DNA of 64,000 nt from the NCBI GenBank assembly GCA_049317705.1, contig JBMOHT010000001.1, positions 1,267 through 65,266 of the forward strand, given 5' to 3'. Origin of the DNA: Bacteroidota bacterium (GTDB taxonomy: Bacteria; Bacteroidota; Ignavibacteria; UBA10030; UBA8401). Every line of letters begins with the position of its first letter. The first letter of the stretch is position 1. The translations under genes were made by a program, and so were the position numbers. Under the pieces are notes generated by a model. It saw nothing but the letters and a program-made list of their open reading frames with translations. It was not told the DNA's origin and ran no database searches. Positions 9,079-18,133 of the stretch are shown here, one piece after another.

Positions 9079-9420
9079 TTGAAAGAGTATATGGAACCAA
9101 CAAACGAAACACCTCAAGAGATCACCAAAGAACGGATCTATGCTGCATTAAAAGACGTGTATGACCCCGAGATCCCGGTCAGCATCGTTGACCTGGGTCT
9201 TGTATATGATGTAAAGATCATCGATGATTGGGTCGGAGTAAAAATGACGCTGACATCACAGGGATGCGGTCTTTCGACACAGATCGCCAATAATGTGCGG
9301 GAACGAGTTGCCGCCCTACAGGGCGTGGCTGATGCTGATGTCCGGATCGTCTGGCAACCGGCATGGAATCCTTCGATGATGAGTGAAGAAGCGAAGAAGA
9401 AAGTTCAGTTCTTCGGGTAA
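9079..9420 (+). CDS. DUF59/SufT-like Fe-S cluster assembly protein
   Basis: 113 aa. Contains VYDPEIPVSIVDLGLVYDV and TLTSQGCG, typical of the MIP18/DUF59 family. The start may instead be the ATG at 9091. Confidence 0.8.
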   Translation: MKEYMEPTNETPQEITKERIYAALKDVYDPEIPVSIVDLGLVYDVKIIDDWVGVKMTLTSQGCGLSTQIANNVRERVAALQGVADADVRIVWQPAWNPSMMSEEAKKKVQFFG

Positions 9421-9437
9421 GCAAATTGAAAAACCGT

Positions 9438-9476
9438 TGAAGGCATTTCGCTGACCGCGGAGTGCCTTTTGTTTTC
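9438..9476 (+). terminator. Probable rho-independent terminator after the DUF59 gene
   Basis: Stem AAGGCA (9440-9445) pairs with TGCCTT (9463-9468), followed by TTGTTTT. Confidence 0.55.
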
Positions 9477-9501
9477 ATGATCTTTTATTCAGGAACCCCG
9501 C

Positions 9502-9822
9502 ATGAATGAGAAACGTCCTGACACTGTCATTTCGATGAGTTCAGCTGTCGATTATTCCGACCAATCGATCGTCAGCAAGGTGATCCTCAAAAGACCGAAC
9601 GGCCAGATCACACTCTTTTCTTTTGATGCAGGAGAAGAATTAAGCGAACATACAACACCGTATGATGCATTCATCACGGTAACCGATGGAACAGCTGTTG
9701 TTTCGATCGCCGGTGAACCGAACACTGTCAACACCGGGGAATCGATCGTACTTCCGGCGAACATCCCGCATGCTGTAAAAGCGTTGAAGCGATTCAAAAT
9801 GATGCTGGTGATGATAAAATAA
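9502..9822 (+). CDS. Cupin-domain protein
   Basis: 106 aa. Cupin_2-like pattern (GEELSEHTTPYDAFITVTDGTAVV...LPANIPHAV). Confidence 0.75.
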   Translation: MNEKRPDTVISMSSAVDYSDQSIVSKVILKRPNGQITLFSFDAGEELSEHTTPYDAFITVTDGTAVVSIAGEPNTVNTGESIVLPANIPHAVKALKRFKMMLVMIK

Positions 9823-9874
9823 ATTCCATCCTTGTCCGACTATACAAGGGAACACACTATAGAGAAAGATCACT

Positions 9875-10543
9875 ATGAGCATTAAAGCAATTGTTTTTGG
9901 AGCATCGGGTATGGTTGGAGAAGGCGTCCTGCATGTTGCATTGAATGACCCGAATATCGCATCCGTTCTTGTGATCGGAAGAAGGCCGTGCGGCGTTCAG
10001 CATGAGAAACTAAAAGAATTATTGCATAATAACTTCTTCGATCTCTCACCCATTGAGTCCCAGCTCTCAGGATACACAGCATGTTTTTTCTGCCTCGGAA
10101 CTACATCCCTTGGTAAGACCGTAGAAGAGTACACTAAAACGACCTATGATCTTACGATGCATTCGGCACAAACATTGGCTCGATTGAATCCGACGATGAC
10201 ATTCTGTTATATCTCCGGTGAAGGGACGGATAGCACCGAACGCGGTTCGGTGACGTGGGCTCGTATAAAAGGTAAAACGGAGAATGATCTGTTGAGGCTT
10301 CCGTTCAAAGCTGTGTATAATTTCCGTCCCGGATTCATCAGACCGATCAAAGGAATGAAGCATACGTTATCATTCGCCAAGCCGCTTCGCGTGCTCTACC
10401 CTGTATTAAAAGCTCTGCTTCCTGCGCATGGGACCACGCTGGAGAATATCGGTCATTCGATGATCAATGTATCGCTGCATGGGTATCCAAAGCATATCCT
10501 CGAAAATAAAGATATCGATAGCTCAGCAAATTCTACTGCGTGA
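9875..10543 (+). CDS. NAD(P)H-binding (atypical SDR/epimerase-like) protein
   Basis: 222 aa. N-terminal Rossmann motif IVFGASGMVG. Confidence 0.7.
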   Translation: MSIKAIVFGASGMVGEGVLHVALNDPNIASVLVIGRRPCGVQHEKLKELLHNNFFDLSPIESQLSGYTACFFCLGTTSLGKTVEEYTKTTYDLTMHSAQTLARLNPTMTFCYISGEGTDSTERGSVTWARIKGKTENDLLRLPFKAVYNFRPGFIRPIKGMKHTLSFAKPLRVLYPVLKALLPAHGTTLENIGHSMINVSLHGYPKHILENKDIDSSANSTA

Positions 10544-11508
10544 GATCAGACATTCCACATAACGACGCAGTACAAAAAGACGGTCTTCATCCCCGTAACA
10601 AGAACAAAGGACGATACGATTTTCCGTCCTTGATCGCATCACATCCGGAACTTGAACCATTCCTTTTCATCAACAAACACCGAAAAGAAACGATCGATTT
10701 TTCCGATCCTGAAGCGGTCCGCACACTCAACTCTGTGATATTAAAGCATCATTACGGACTCAATTATTGGGAAATACCGAAAGAGTATCTTTGTCCTCCG
10801 ATTCCGGGCCGTGCAGATTATATCCATTACGCCGCCGATCTCCTTTCCTCCGGTAACAACGGAAACATACCGACAGAAAACAGCGTTTCCGTTCTCGACA
10901 TCGGCGTCGGATCAAGCTGTATCTATCCGCTGATCGGATTCAAAGAGTATGGATGGTGTTTTACTGGTGCTGATATCGATCCGGTATCTCTTGATTCTGC
11001 ACGGAAGATCGCAGCGAAGAACAATATCCCTTCATCGACGATCGATATTCGGGCACAGACGGACCCGAACAGGATCTTCGCGGGAATCATTCGCCCAACT
11101 GAATTGTTCGATCTGACCATCTGCAACCCGCCATTCCATAGCACAATGGAACAGGCAGTGTCAGGAACGAAACGGAAGTGGAAAAATCTCGGCATTCCAA
11201 AAGAACGAGCATCAGTCCTCAACTTCGGCGGACAGCAGAATGAGCTTCTCTTCCCCGGCGGCGAAGAACAATTCATCAAAAATATGATCTCGGAAAGCGT
11301 GGCCTTTGCGAAAAATGTCCTCTGGTTTACGACACTCATTTCCAAACAATCTCTTCTTCCATTGATCACATCGGAATTGCGGTCACTTAATGCGCGGGAA
11401 ATTCGGATAATATCCATGGCGCAAGGACAGAAAAAGAGCCGATTCGCCGCCTGGACGTTCCAGTTACCGGAAGAACAGAGACAATGGACCGAACGGCGGT
11501 GGAAATGA
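10540..11508 (+). CDS. rlmF: 23S rRNA (adenine1618-N6)-methyltransferase RlmF
   Basis: 322 aa. Contains LHPRNKNKGRYDF, PPIPGRADYIHY and the catalytic CNPPFH. The GTG start overlaps the upstream stop. Confidence 0.88.
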   Translation: MRSDIPHNDAVQKDGLHPRNKNKGRYDFPSLIASHPELEPFLFINKHRKETIDFSDPEAVRTLNSVILKHHYGLNYWEIPKEYLCPPIPGRADYIHYAADLLSSGNNGNIPTENSVSVLDIGVGSSCIYPLIGFKEYGWCFTGADIDPVSLDSARKIAAKNNIPSSTIDIRAQTDPNRIFAGIIRPTELFDLTICNPPFHSTMEQAVSGTKRKWKNLGIPKERASVLNFGGQQNELLFPGGEEQFIKNMISESVAFAKNVLWFTTLISKQSLLPLITSELRSLNAREIRIISMAQGQKKSRFAAWTFQLPEEQRQWTERRWK

Positions 11509-11539
11509 TACATTCATTTATTTAGTTGACGAGGTTGTA

Positions 11540-11737
11540 GTGGCAACATTCCTTCTTTGGTGCATTTTATTCGTGTTATGCGCACCGTTGGCCATATTTG
11601 CATTGATATTATACCCCATCATTTGGCTCATTCTGCTGCCGTTTCGATTGATCGGAATCGCCGTTGACGGAATCTTCGTTCTGCTGCGATCCATTATCAC
11701 GCTGCCGGTAAGACTATTTTCGAAGAAAAGAAGATAA
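11540..11737 (+). CDS. Small two-TM membrane protein (hypothetical)
   Basis: 65 aa. GTG start preceded by GAGGT 6 nt upstream. Two clear hydrophobic helices and a KKRR tail. It is more protein-like than the overlapping antisense ORF 11518..11865. Confidence 0.5.
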   Translation: MATFLLWCILFVLCAPLAIFALILYPIIWLILLPFRLIGIAVDGIFVLLRSIITLPVRLFSKKRR

Positions 11738-11913
11738 CAGACGTTGCCTACGAACATGACTCTCCAGGGCTTTATAAAGAATACACTTCCACTGCAAGGA
11801 AATACCGTTTTTTTTGAGCATTTTGTATACACATTGATGCTCACAGGAGCATTTTCTCCATTCATTTAAGACCGGATCATCATTTAAATATCCGTTCTGC
11901 ATAATAAATTTTC

Positions 11914-13380
11914 ATGCCATTCAAATCGTTACACATCATCGAACCTATCCTTAAAGCACTCACAGAAGAAGGATATACCACACCAACACCGATCCAGGCG
12001 AAAGCAATTCCTATCGTCATTCAAGGGAAAGATCTACTCGGATGCGCTCAGACCGGAACAGGAAAAACAGCGGCATTCGCCATACCGATCCTGCAACTGC
12101 TCAGCGAGAACAGAACACACGATCATAAACGGACCATCAAGAGTCTGATCGTAACACCGACCCGTGAGTTAGCCATTCAGATCAATGACAGTTTCAAAGC
12201 GTACGGACGACACACAGGTCTGGTCTCTACCGTGATCTTCGGCGGAGTCGGTCAGCAACAGCAGACAAATGCTCTTCAGCGCGGAGTGGATATTTTGATC
12301 GCGACACCCGGACGTCTTCTCGATCTGATGAATCAAAAGTATGTATCATTAAAAGATATCAAGATCTTCGTGCTGGACGAAGCAGACCGGATGCTCGACA
12401 TGGGTTTCATCCATGACGTAAAGAAGATCCTTCATGCACTTCCGGAAAAGAGACAATCACTCTTCTTCTCAGCAACAATGCCGCCGGATATCATCAAACT
12501 CTCGGGTACGATCCTTCACAATCCTGAAAAGGTCACAGTCACACCGGTGTCCTCCACGGTTGACATCATCAATCAGCACATGCTGTTCGTTGATAAAGGG
12601 AATAAGACAGCACTTCTGCTGCACTTATTGAAGGATCCATCCATCAAAACGGCGCTGGTATTCACCAGAACAAAACATGGTGCGGATAAGGTTGTAAAAG
12701 CATTGGTGAAGAATCACGTGAAAGCCGAAGCGATCCACGGGAATAAAGCGCAGAACGCACGTCAGCGTGCGTTGGCTAATTTCAAAGCACAGACGACACG
12801 GGTGCTGGTTGCAACGGATATCGCTTCACGCGGGATCGATGTGGAGGATATGGAAAATGTCATCAATTTTGAGATCCCGAATATCGCTGAAACGTACGTA
12901 CATCGAATCGGGCGGACAGGACGCGCAGGCGCTTCGGGAACAGCCTATTCATTCTGCGATGCAGAAGAGAAAGAATATCTCCGCGATATTGAGAAGCTCA
13001 TTGGAAAGAAGATCCCGGTGATGAATGATCATCCGTTCCCGTTGAACGATCACAATCCCGTCAAGACACCGAAACAACCGGCACAGAGACAGCAGCACCG
13101 CTCTCCCCGTCCTCAGCGGCCGGGACATTCGACTACGAGATCCCATGGTTCCGGTTCCTCATCGTCCAGAACACATGGCTCTTCGACTACGACACCGAGA
13201 GCACACGGTTCCTCTGCTTCGTCGTCGAGATCACACAGTTCCACTTCATCATCACGGACGCACAGTTCTTCCGCTTCATCATCGAAGACACACAGTGCCT
13301 CCACTGCAGTACCGAAAGCACACAGTGCGGAAACTCCTGCTCCGAAAAAGAAGAGCTGGTTCAGCAGATTCAAGAAGTAG
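11914..13380 (+). CDS. DEAD-box ATP-dependent RNA helicase (RhlE-like) with a repetitive Ser/His/Arg tail
   Basis: 488 aa. Q-motif TPTPIQ, then AQTGTGKT, DEAD (VLDEADRM), SAT and HRIGRTGRAG. The C-terminal ~95 aa are low complexity. Confidence 0.95.
   Translation: MPFKSLHIIEPILKALTEEGYTTPTPIQAKAIPIVIQGKDLLGCAQTGTGKTAAFAIPILQLLSENRTHDHKRTIKSLIVTPTRELAIQINDSFKAYGRHTGLVSTVIFGGVGQQQQTNALQRGVDILIATPGRLLDLMNQKYVSLKDIKIFVLDEADRMLDMGFIHDVKKILHALPEKRQSLFFSATMPPDIIKLSGTILHNPEKVTVTPVSSTVDIINQHMLFVDKGNKTALLLHLLKDPSIKTALVFTRTKHGADKVVKALVKNHVKAEAIHGNKAQNARQRALANFKAQTTRVLVATDIASRGIDVEDMENVINFEIPNIAETYVHRIGRTGRAGASGTAYSFCDAEEKEYLRDIEKLIGKKIPVMNDHPFPLNDHNPVKTPKQPAQRQQHRSPRPQRPGHSTTRSHGSGSSSSRTHGSSTTTPRAHGSSASSSRSHSSTSSSRTHSSSASSSKTHSASTAVPKAHSAETPAPKKKSWFSRFKK
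13138..13344 (+). repeat. Seven tandem ~30-nt coding repeats (decapeptide [RK]-x-H-[GS]-S-x-x-x-x-x) inside the helicase tail
   Basis: The protein reads RSHGSGSSSS RTHGSSTTTP RAHGSSASSS RSHSSTSSS RTHSSSASSS KTHSASTAVP KAHSAETPAP. The DNA units start AGA/CGG/AAG-nCn-CAC/CAT. Confidence 0.85.
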
Positions 13381-13438
13381 CCGACATAATGTTATAACAC
13401 AATAGATTTGACTCGTCATCCAATGAAAAGAGGAAACG

Positions 13439-13936
13439 ATGGCAAATATGACATTTGAATCTTCATTGAACAAAGGTCCTCATCACCTTCTTGCTCAGTT
13501 CGCAGGAACTTGGCGCGGTGTGACGAGGACCTTCTTTGAACCGGGAATCCTTGCCGATGAATCCCCATGGGAAGGAACGATCAGACCCGTTTTGAACGGC
13601 ATGTTCATGATCCATGAATATAGCGGCAGCATCACCGGGACTCCCCTCATCGGAACAGCCATCCTTGGATACAATATCGCTTCAGGACAGTTCGAATGCA
13701 GCTGGGTCGATAGTTTTCATACCGGCACATCGATGATGATCTCGAAAGGACCTTCGTCCGAAAATACCTTTTCAGTGCTTGGCAGTTATCCCGCCCCCGA
13801 TGGTTCCCCGCCATGGGGATGGAGAACGGTGTTCGAGTTGAGCGGCCAAGACACAGTTATTATTCGCATGAACAATATCACGCCGACCGGCGAGGAATCG
13901 TTAGCCGTTGAGACCATCTACAGCCGAATTCCATAA
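13439..13936 (+). CDS. DUF1579-family protein
   Basis: 165 aa. Contains LAQFAGTWRG...FECSWVDSFHTG, which resembles DUF1579. Confidence 0.6.
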   Translation: MANMTFESSLNKGPHHLLAQFAGTWRGVTRTFFEPGILADESPWEGTIRPVLNGMFMIHEYSGSITGTPLIGTAILGYNIASGQFECSWVDSFHTGTSMMISKGPSSENTFSVLGSYPAPDGSPPWGWRTVFELSGQDTVIIRMNNITPTGEESLAVETIYSRIP

Positions 13937-14006
13937 TCCAACTTGACTTCGATCGACCGCTTTTCTACATTAGCGCTGAAAAACCCACCATCAACAGGAG
14001 GATCGT

Positions 14007-14441
14007 ATGAAGGTCAAAGATATACTGAATTCCAAAGGACGTACGTTATTCACTGTGCATGAGGATTCGACCGTGGAGCATATCGTTGCAGAATTAGCGG
14101 CGAATAAGATCGGATACCTGATCGTGAAAGGAAAAGATAACACGGTCACGGGTGTGATCTCCGAACGGGATATTGTCCACCGCTGTATGAGTGCAAAGAA
14201 GGATCCGGCCAATGTAACGGCAAAAGAGATCATGACCGAGCGGGAGAAACTTGTAACAGCAAATGAGGATCAGGAGATCGATGAAGTGATGACGATGATG
14301 ACCCAAAAGAAGGTGCGTCATCTGCCGGTATTCCAGGGGAACGAACTGACGGGATTGATCTCGATCGGGGATGTGATCAAGATAATTCTGGATGACAAGG
14401 ACGAAGCGATCAAAACGTTGATGGATTACGTGTCGAAATAA
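14007..14441 (+). CDS. CBS-domain pair protein
   Basis: 144 aa with two CBS repeats (GVISERDIV, HLPVFQGNELTGLISIGDVIK). AGGAGG lies 5 nt upstream of the ATG. Confidence 0.85.
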   Translation: MKVKDILNSKGRTLFTVHEDSTVEHIVAELAANKIGYLIVKGKDNTVTGVISERDIVHRCMSAKKDPANVTAKEIMTEREKLVTANEDQEIDEVMTMMTQKKVRHLPVFQGNELTGLISIGDVIKIILDDKDEAIKTLMDYVSK

Positions 14442-14447
14442 CGTTCG

Positions 14448-15167
14448 TTATTCCTTACAACAATCCATCGTTTTCTCTGTTTTTTCATGTGTGACAGTTT
14501 GTACGACTTTCGGACTGACCATGGGTATTCCAAGGTTGAGTCCGCGCAGAATAAGGATCAAGGCCAACGCGATACTGAAGACTGGGACCGCTCTCGTAAA
14601 CAGGGAGCGGTATTTTACCGAAATAAGTTTTCCGCTCATTGCAACAATGATCAACGCTGGCATAGTACCGACGCCAAATACCATCATAAAAACCGCGCTG
14701 TGCCAAGCATCGGCGACAACCGTGGCTCCGATCAATGCCGTATAGACGAGTCCGCACGGCAGCAAACCATTCAACATACCCATCAACGCCAACGCTGAAT
14801 AACCTCTCCGCTTCATCAATGATGAGAATTTTATCTTTACAAATGTGTAGAGATGGCGAAGCGGTGAGATCTTATCCAGTTTTGACTGCAGTCCAAGAGG
14901 TATTGCTACAGTGATAAGAAGTGATATCCCGATGATAATGGAAAGGTTCTGCTGAATACTCATCAGCATACTTCGACCGGCAAGTCCCAGCACTGCTCCT
15001 AATATCCCGTATGTGACCGCCTTCCCGCCGTTATACACGATCCGCTCCAAGAGAAATTTTCCGCGGTTCTGAGAATTGGTCGGGACCGCCAGCATCAGCG
15101 GACCGCACATTCCTATGCAGTGAAGACTTCCGAACAGACCCAATGTGAGAGCGGCAAGTAGTTCCAT
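14448..15167 (-). CDS. TauE/SafE-type membrane protein of the cbb3 maturation cluster
   Basis: 239 aa and polytopic. N-terminal GSLHCIGMCGP metal-type motif and C-terminal MDCCKE. It is the last gene of the cco operon, as in Flavobacteria-style clusters. Confidence 0.7.
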   Translation of the reverse strand: MELLAALTLGLFGSLHCIGMCGPLMLAVPTNSQNRGKFLLERIVYNGGKAVTYGILGAVLGLAGRSMLMSIQQNLSIIIGISLLITVAIPLGLQSKLDKISPLRHLYTFVKIKFSSLMKRRGYSALALMGMLNGLLPCGLVYTALIGATVVADAWHSAVFMMVFGVGTMPALIIVAMSGKLISVKYRSLFTRAVPVFSIALALILILRGLNLGIPMVSPKVVQTVTHEKTEKTMDCCKE

Positions 15168-15170
15168 CGA

Positions 15171-15620
15171 TCAGCGAATAATGATTGGCATCTCTGAATA
15201 GAATTGTTGGTTTCCGGTACTCCAAGAGATCTTCGCACGCCACAAGCCAGGAGTGAATTCGGATATCGGGAACAATTGAGAACAGGCAGAATCCAGCACA
15301 ACCGCTCGGACAAAATCACCTTTGCGATTCGATGGTCTGAAAAAATAGACCGACCCGGTATATTTCTCCGGCACAGCGATAACAGGATATGTGAATTTTA
15401 CCGATGTCTCAGTCAATTCCATCGCTACCTGTTTCTCGAGAGCATTCGTGCTCTTCACGATCTGGATATGGTCCTGATACCGCAATTCCTTCTCATAGTA
15501 ATCGTCGGTTACAAGATCGACATTCGTATTCATAGAGATAAAGACCATGACGAAAACACCGATCCCGAAGATGATGAACGTAACGATGATCCCAAAGCCC
15601 CAATTGAATTTAATCTTCAT
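15171..15620 (-). CDS. FixH/CcoH-family protein
   Basis: 149 aa with an N-terminal TM helix followed by VTDDYYEKELRYQ, typical of FixH. Confidence 0.8.
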   Translation of the reverse strand: MKIKFNWGFGIIVTFIIFGIGVFVMVFISMNTNVDLVTDDYYEKELRYQDHIQIVKSTNALEKQVAMELTETSVKFTYPVIAVPEKYTGSVYFFRPSNRKGDFVRAVVLDSACSQLFPISEFTPGLWRAKISWSTGNQQFYSEMPIIIR

Positions 15621-17079
15621 GTTTCTTTTCCTCTTTCACTTCATTGTGCTCTTCGTGTTTCTCTTTTTTCTCCACCGGACCAAGGAAGGACGTACTGATC
15701 CGCTGTACTTCATTCCCGTCCACATACACTGCAAATTGGAGCGGTGTATTCATTTGTGTGATGGAGTGTTTGTCGAGCAGAACGAACATCTTGGTCAGCA
15801 TCGCTTCCTGAGCCGGAACTGCTTTATTCTCGCCGAGGATCCTGATCTCCCCTTCGGTATTCAGGAGCTTTACCGTGACATTCTTTTGCTCGAACGTCTT
15901 ATTGAGCACTTTCATATCATACAGATTGCTCACTTTATCGTTCTGCTGTTCCTGATAGAACATACCGGGAGAACGAAGGATGGTCACGTCATACTCCGAT
16001 CGGGTCGACAGGAAAAAAGTCAGCAATGATAGGAGCAGCACCTGCACAACGGAATAACCGATGACCCGGGGAGTGAAGATCTTCCGTATCTGAGTTTTAA
16101 TTCCGTTCAACGAATCGTACCGGATCAGTCCCCGCGGTTTTTTGATCTTGTCCATCACTGTATCGCAAGCATCGATGCATGCTGTGCAATTGACACATTC
16201 CAATTGCGTACCGTTACGGATATCGATACCGGTCGGACAGACAACAACGCATTCATTGCAGTCGATGCAATCCCCCGCTGTTCGCACTTCAGATCGTTTT
16301 ACCTTCTGTCGAGGTTCACCCCGGAGATAATCATACGCAATAACGATGGAATTGGTATCGAGAAGGACACCCTGCAGCCGTCCATACGGACAGACAAGAA
16401 TACATGCCTGTTCGCGGAACCAAATGAATATCCAGTAGAATAATCCTGTGAACAGCATCATCGCCGTAAAACCGGAGATATGGTCCGCAACTGGTTCAAC
16501 CACGATCTTCTGTAACGCATCGATGCCGATGATCCATGCCAGCAGCATATTGGCCGTAAGGAAGGATATGACGAAATAAATGAGATACTTCGTCCCTTTT
16601 CGGAGGAATTTCTCTCCAGTCATTTCCGACTCATTCAGTCTACGCTGGTTCCGGTGATCCCCTTCTACCCAGTAATCGATCTTTCGGAAGACGGATTCCA
16701 TGAACACCGTTTGAGGACAGACCCAGCCGCAGAACAACCGACCGAACACTGCCGTGAAGAGAAAGATGAAGACGATCGTGGTGATCATCGACAATCCCAG
16801 CAGATAAAAATCATGCGGACCGAACGCAAAACCGAACAGGATGAACTTCCGTCCGATGATATCGAACAGCATATACGGATGTCCGTTCACTTTCAGGAAC
16901 GGCGTCCCAAACAGGATCAGCAGCAGGATACCGCTAAACACATTACGGGCATTCGTGAATCTCCCCCTCGGCTCTTTCGGATAGACCCATTTCCGTGCGC
17001 CGCTTTTCTCTACGATCCCCAGTGAATCACGATATTCCTCACCGGGAGTTCCATTCACCATCTCTTCGTTCATTTTCAC
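15610..17079 (-). CDS. ccoG: Cytochrome c oxidase accessory protein CcoG/FixG (4Fe-4S, cupric reductase family)
   Basis: 489 aa. Contains CGWVCPQT and CIDCNECVVVCPTGIDIR...CVNCTACIDACD. Has a C-terminal Glu/Lys/His-rich tail. Confidence 0.9.
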   Translation of the reverse strand: MKMNEEMVNGTPGEEYRDSLGIVEKSGARKWVYPKEPRGRFTNARNVFSGILLLILFGTPFLKVNGHPYMLFDIIGRKFILFGFAFGPHDFYLLGLSMITTIVFIFLFTAVFGRLFCGWVCPQTVFMESVFRKIDYWVEGDHRNQRRLNESEMTGEKFLRKGTKYLIYFVISFLTANMLLAWIIGIDALQKIVVEPVADHISGFTAMMLFTGLFYWIFIWFREQACILVCPYGRLQGVLLDTNSIVIAYDYLRGEPRQKVKRSEVRTAGDCIDCNECVVVCPTGIDIRNGTQLECVNCTACIDACDTVMDKIKKPRGLIRYDSLNGIKTQIRKIFTPRVIGYSVVQVLLLSLLTFFLSTRSEYDVTILRSPGMFYQEQQNDKVSNLYDMKVLNKTFEQKNVTVKLLNTEGEIRILGENKAVPAQEAMLTKMFVLLDKHSITQMNTPLQFAVYVDGNEVQRISTSFLGPVEKKEKHEEHNEVKEEKKHED

Positions 17080-17086
17080 ATCTCAA

Positions 17087-17935
17087 TTACATCTTTTTTT
17101 GCTGGAGAGTGTCCGGTGCTGATGCGACAGGTTCCACATACTTTTGTCCTTCGGGCGCTTTGCCTCCGGGAGGATTCGTTCCTTTCAGCGACAGCACATA
17201 GCTGGCGATGTTCTGGATCTGCTTTTGCGAGAAGACCAATTCCCAGCTGATCATCCCTTTTGCCGGGACGCCTTTTTTGATGGTCGTGTAGACGTTCTTG
17301 ATGCCACCGCCATGGATCCAGTATTCATCGGTCAGATTCGGACCGACGAGTCCTCCGGCCTGCGGGCCGTGGCATGAGAAGCAGAATTTGTGGAAGATCT
17401 CATCCCCTTCTTTCAATGATTCAGCATCCTTCAGCGCAACAAGTGCATTCTCATTGATCGTTCCGCCGGAAGCGAGCATGATCTTCTTCTGAAGATTCGC
17501 TGCTACCACTTCTTCCATATATTCATCGGCAGAGAGTTTCGATATCCCGGCAACATGATAGTCGATCATATAAATGAACGCAAAGACGATCGTCCCGGCG
17601 AACAGGTAATTGAACCACGGCGGGATACGGTTATCGAGTTCTTTAATGTCATCATATACGTGACCGACATCTGCGGCCGCTTCGCTCGGGGGCGGAATGA
17701 CGTAATTCTTGATCTTGAAGTAGAGATCGGCGATCGGATCGACATTGGCATTCATAACACCGATGATATACATCAGTGTAGCGACCACGAAGATCATGAA
17801 TGACACGGTGAAGATCAACGCCAATTCGGCAACCGGATCAGCCACAGGAGCCGCCGGAAGCGTCTGGGCGGTGAGCGGAATTGAACCGGCGATCAGCAGA
17901 GAGAGCAAACGAGGGACCATGTTCGTCTTTTTCAT
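17087..17935 (-). CDS. ccoP: cbb3 oxidase subunit III (CcoP-like, single CxxCH)
   Basis: 282 aa. FixP_N-type segment PPWFNYLFAGTIVFAFIYM. One haem site, CFSCHGPQAGG. Confidence 0.85.
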   Translation of the reverse strand: MKKTNMVPRLLSLLIAGSIPLTAQTLPAAPVADPVAELALIFTVSFMIFVVATLMYIIGVMNANVDPIADLYFKIKNYVIPPPSEAAADVGHVYDDIKELDNRIPPWFNYLFAGTIVFAFIYMIDYHVAGISKLSADEYMEEVVAANLQKKIMLASGGTINENALVALKDAESLKEGDEIFHKFCFSCHGPQAGGLVGPNLTDEYWIHGGGIKNVYTTIKKGVPAKGMISWELVFSQKQIQNIASYVLSLKGTNPPGGKAPEGQKYVEPVASAPDTLQQKKM

Positions 17936-18126
17936 AATGTTGTTTTCCTATCCTCAACGGACTCCGTTGAATCGTTGAGAGGCATTTCGCCCATATAGTT
18001 CAGAAATTTTTTATCTAATTTGAATACCCACACTGTCACCGCGATGAAGAACGGAATGAAGATGAACAGTGAAAAGAGCGGGTATGCTGATATTCCATCA
18101 ATTGAACTGAGATAATTTGATAGCAT
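17932..18126 (-). CDS. ccoQ: CcoQ/FixQ-like small membrane subunit
   Basis: 64 aa with one TM helix. It lies between ccoNO and ccoP and overlaps ccoP by 4 nt. Confidence 0.7.
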   Translation of the reverse strand: MLSNYLSSIDGISAYPLFSLFIFIPFFIAVTVWVFKLDKKFLNYMGEMPLNDSTESVEDRKTTL

Positions 18127-18133
18127 GCGTTTC

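Noticed and set aside
11518-11865. A 115-aa minus-strand ORF between rlmF and the helicase gene.
   Set aside because: The composition is not protein-like. The opposite-strand 65-aa two-TM ORF has a GAGGT Shine-Dalgarno and clear helices, so I preferred it, though with only moderate confidence.
13390-13399. A perfect 10-bp palindrome TGTTATAACA upstream of the DUF1579 gene, and ATATCGATAT at about 4562-4571 in the SDR/fur divergent region.
   Set aside because: Perfect 10-bp palindromes are expected about 60 times by chance in 64 kb (64000 x 4^-5), and more often in AT-rich spacers. They match no known operator consensus, and I could not find a convincing Fur box upstream of fur itself.
13113-13405. 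An Asp/Glu-rich minus-strand ORF and a His/Arg-rich plus-strand ORF overlapping the helicase tail. I also considered whether the 30-nt periodicity could be a CRISPR array.
   Set aside because: The periodic units are contiguous with no spacers, imperfect, and in frame with the helicase. The alternative frames stay open only because of the repeat composition.
14437-14452. The hairpin AATAACG-tt-CGTTATT, which includes both convergent stop codons of the CBS and TauE-like genes.
   Set aside because: The loop is too small and the stem is AT-rich with no U-tract, so I could not support it as a functional bidirectional terminator.
15204-16029. Plus-strand ORFs 15204..15698 and 15547..16029.
   Set aside because: They are antisense to fixH and ccoG, which carry clear family motifs.
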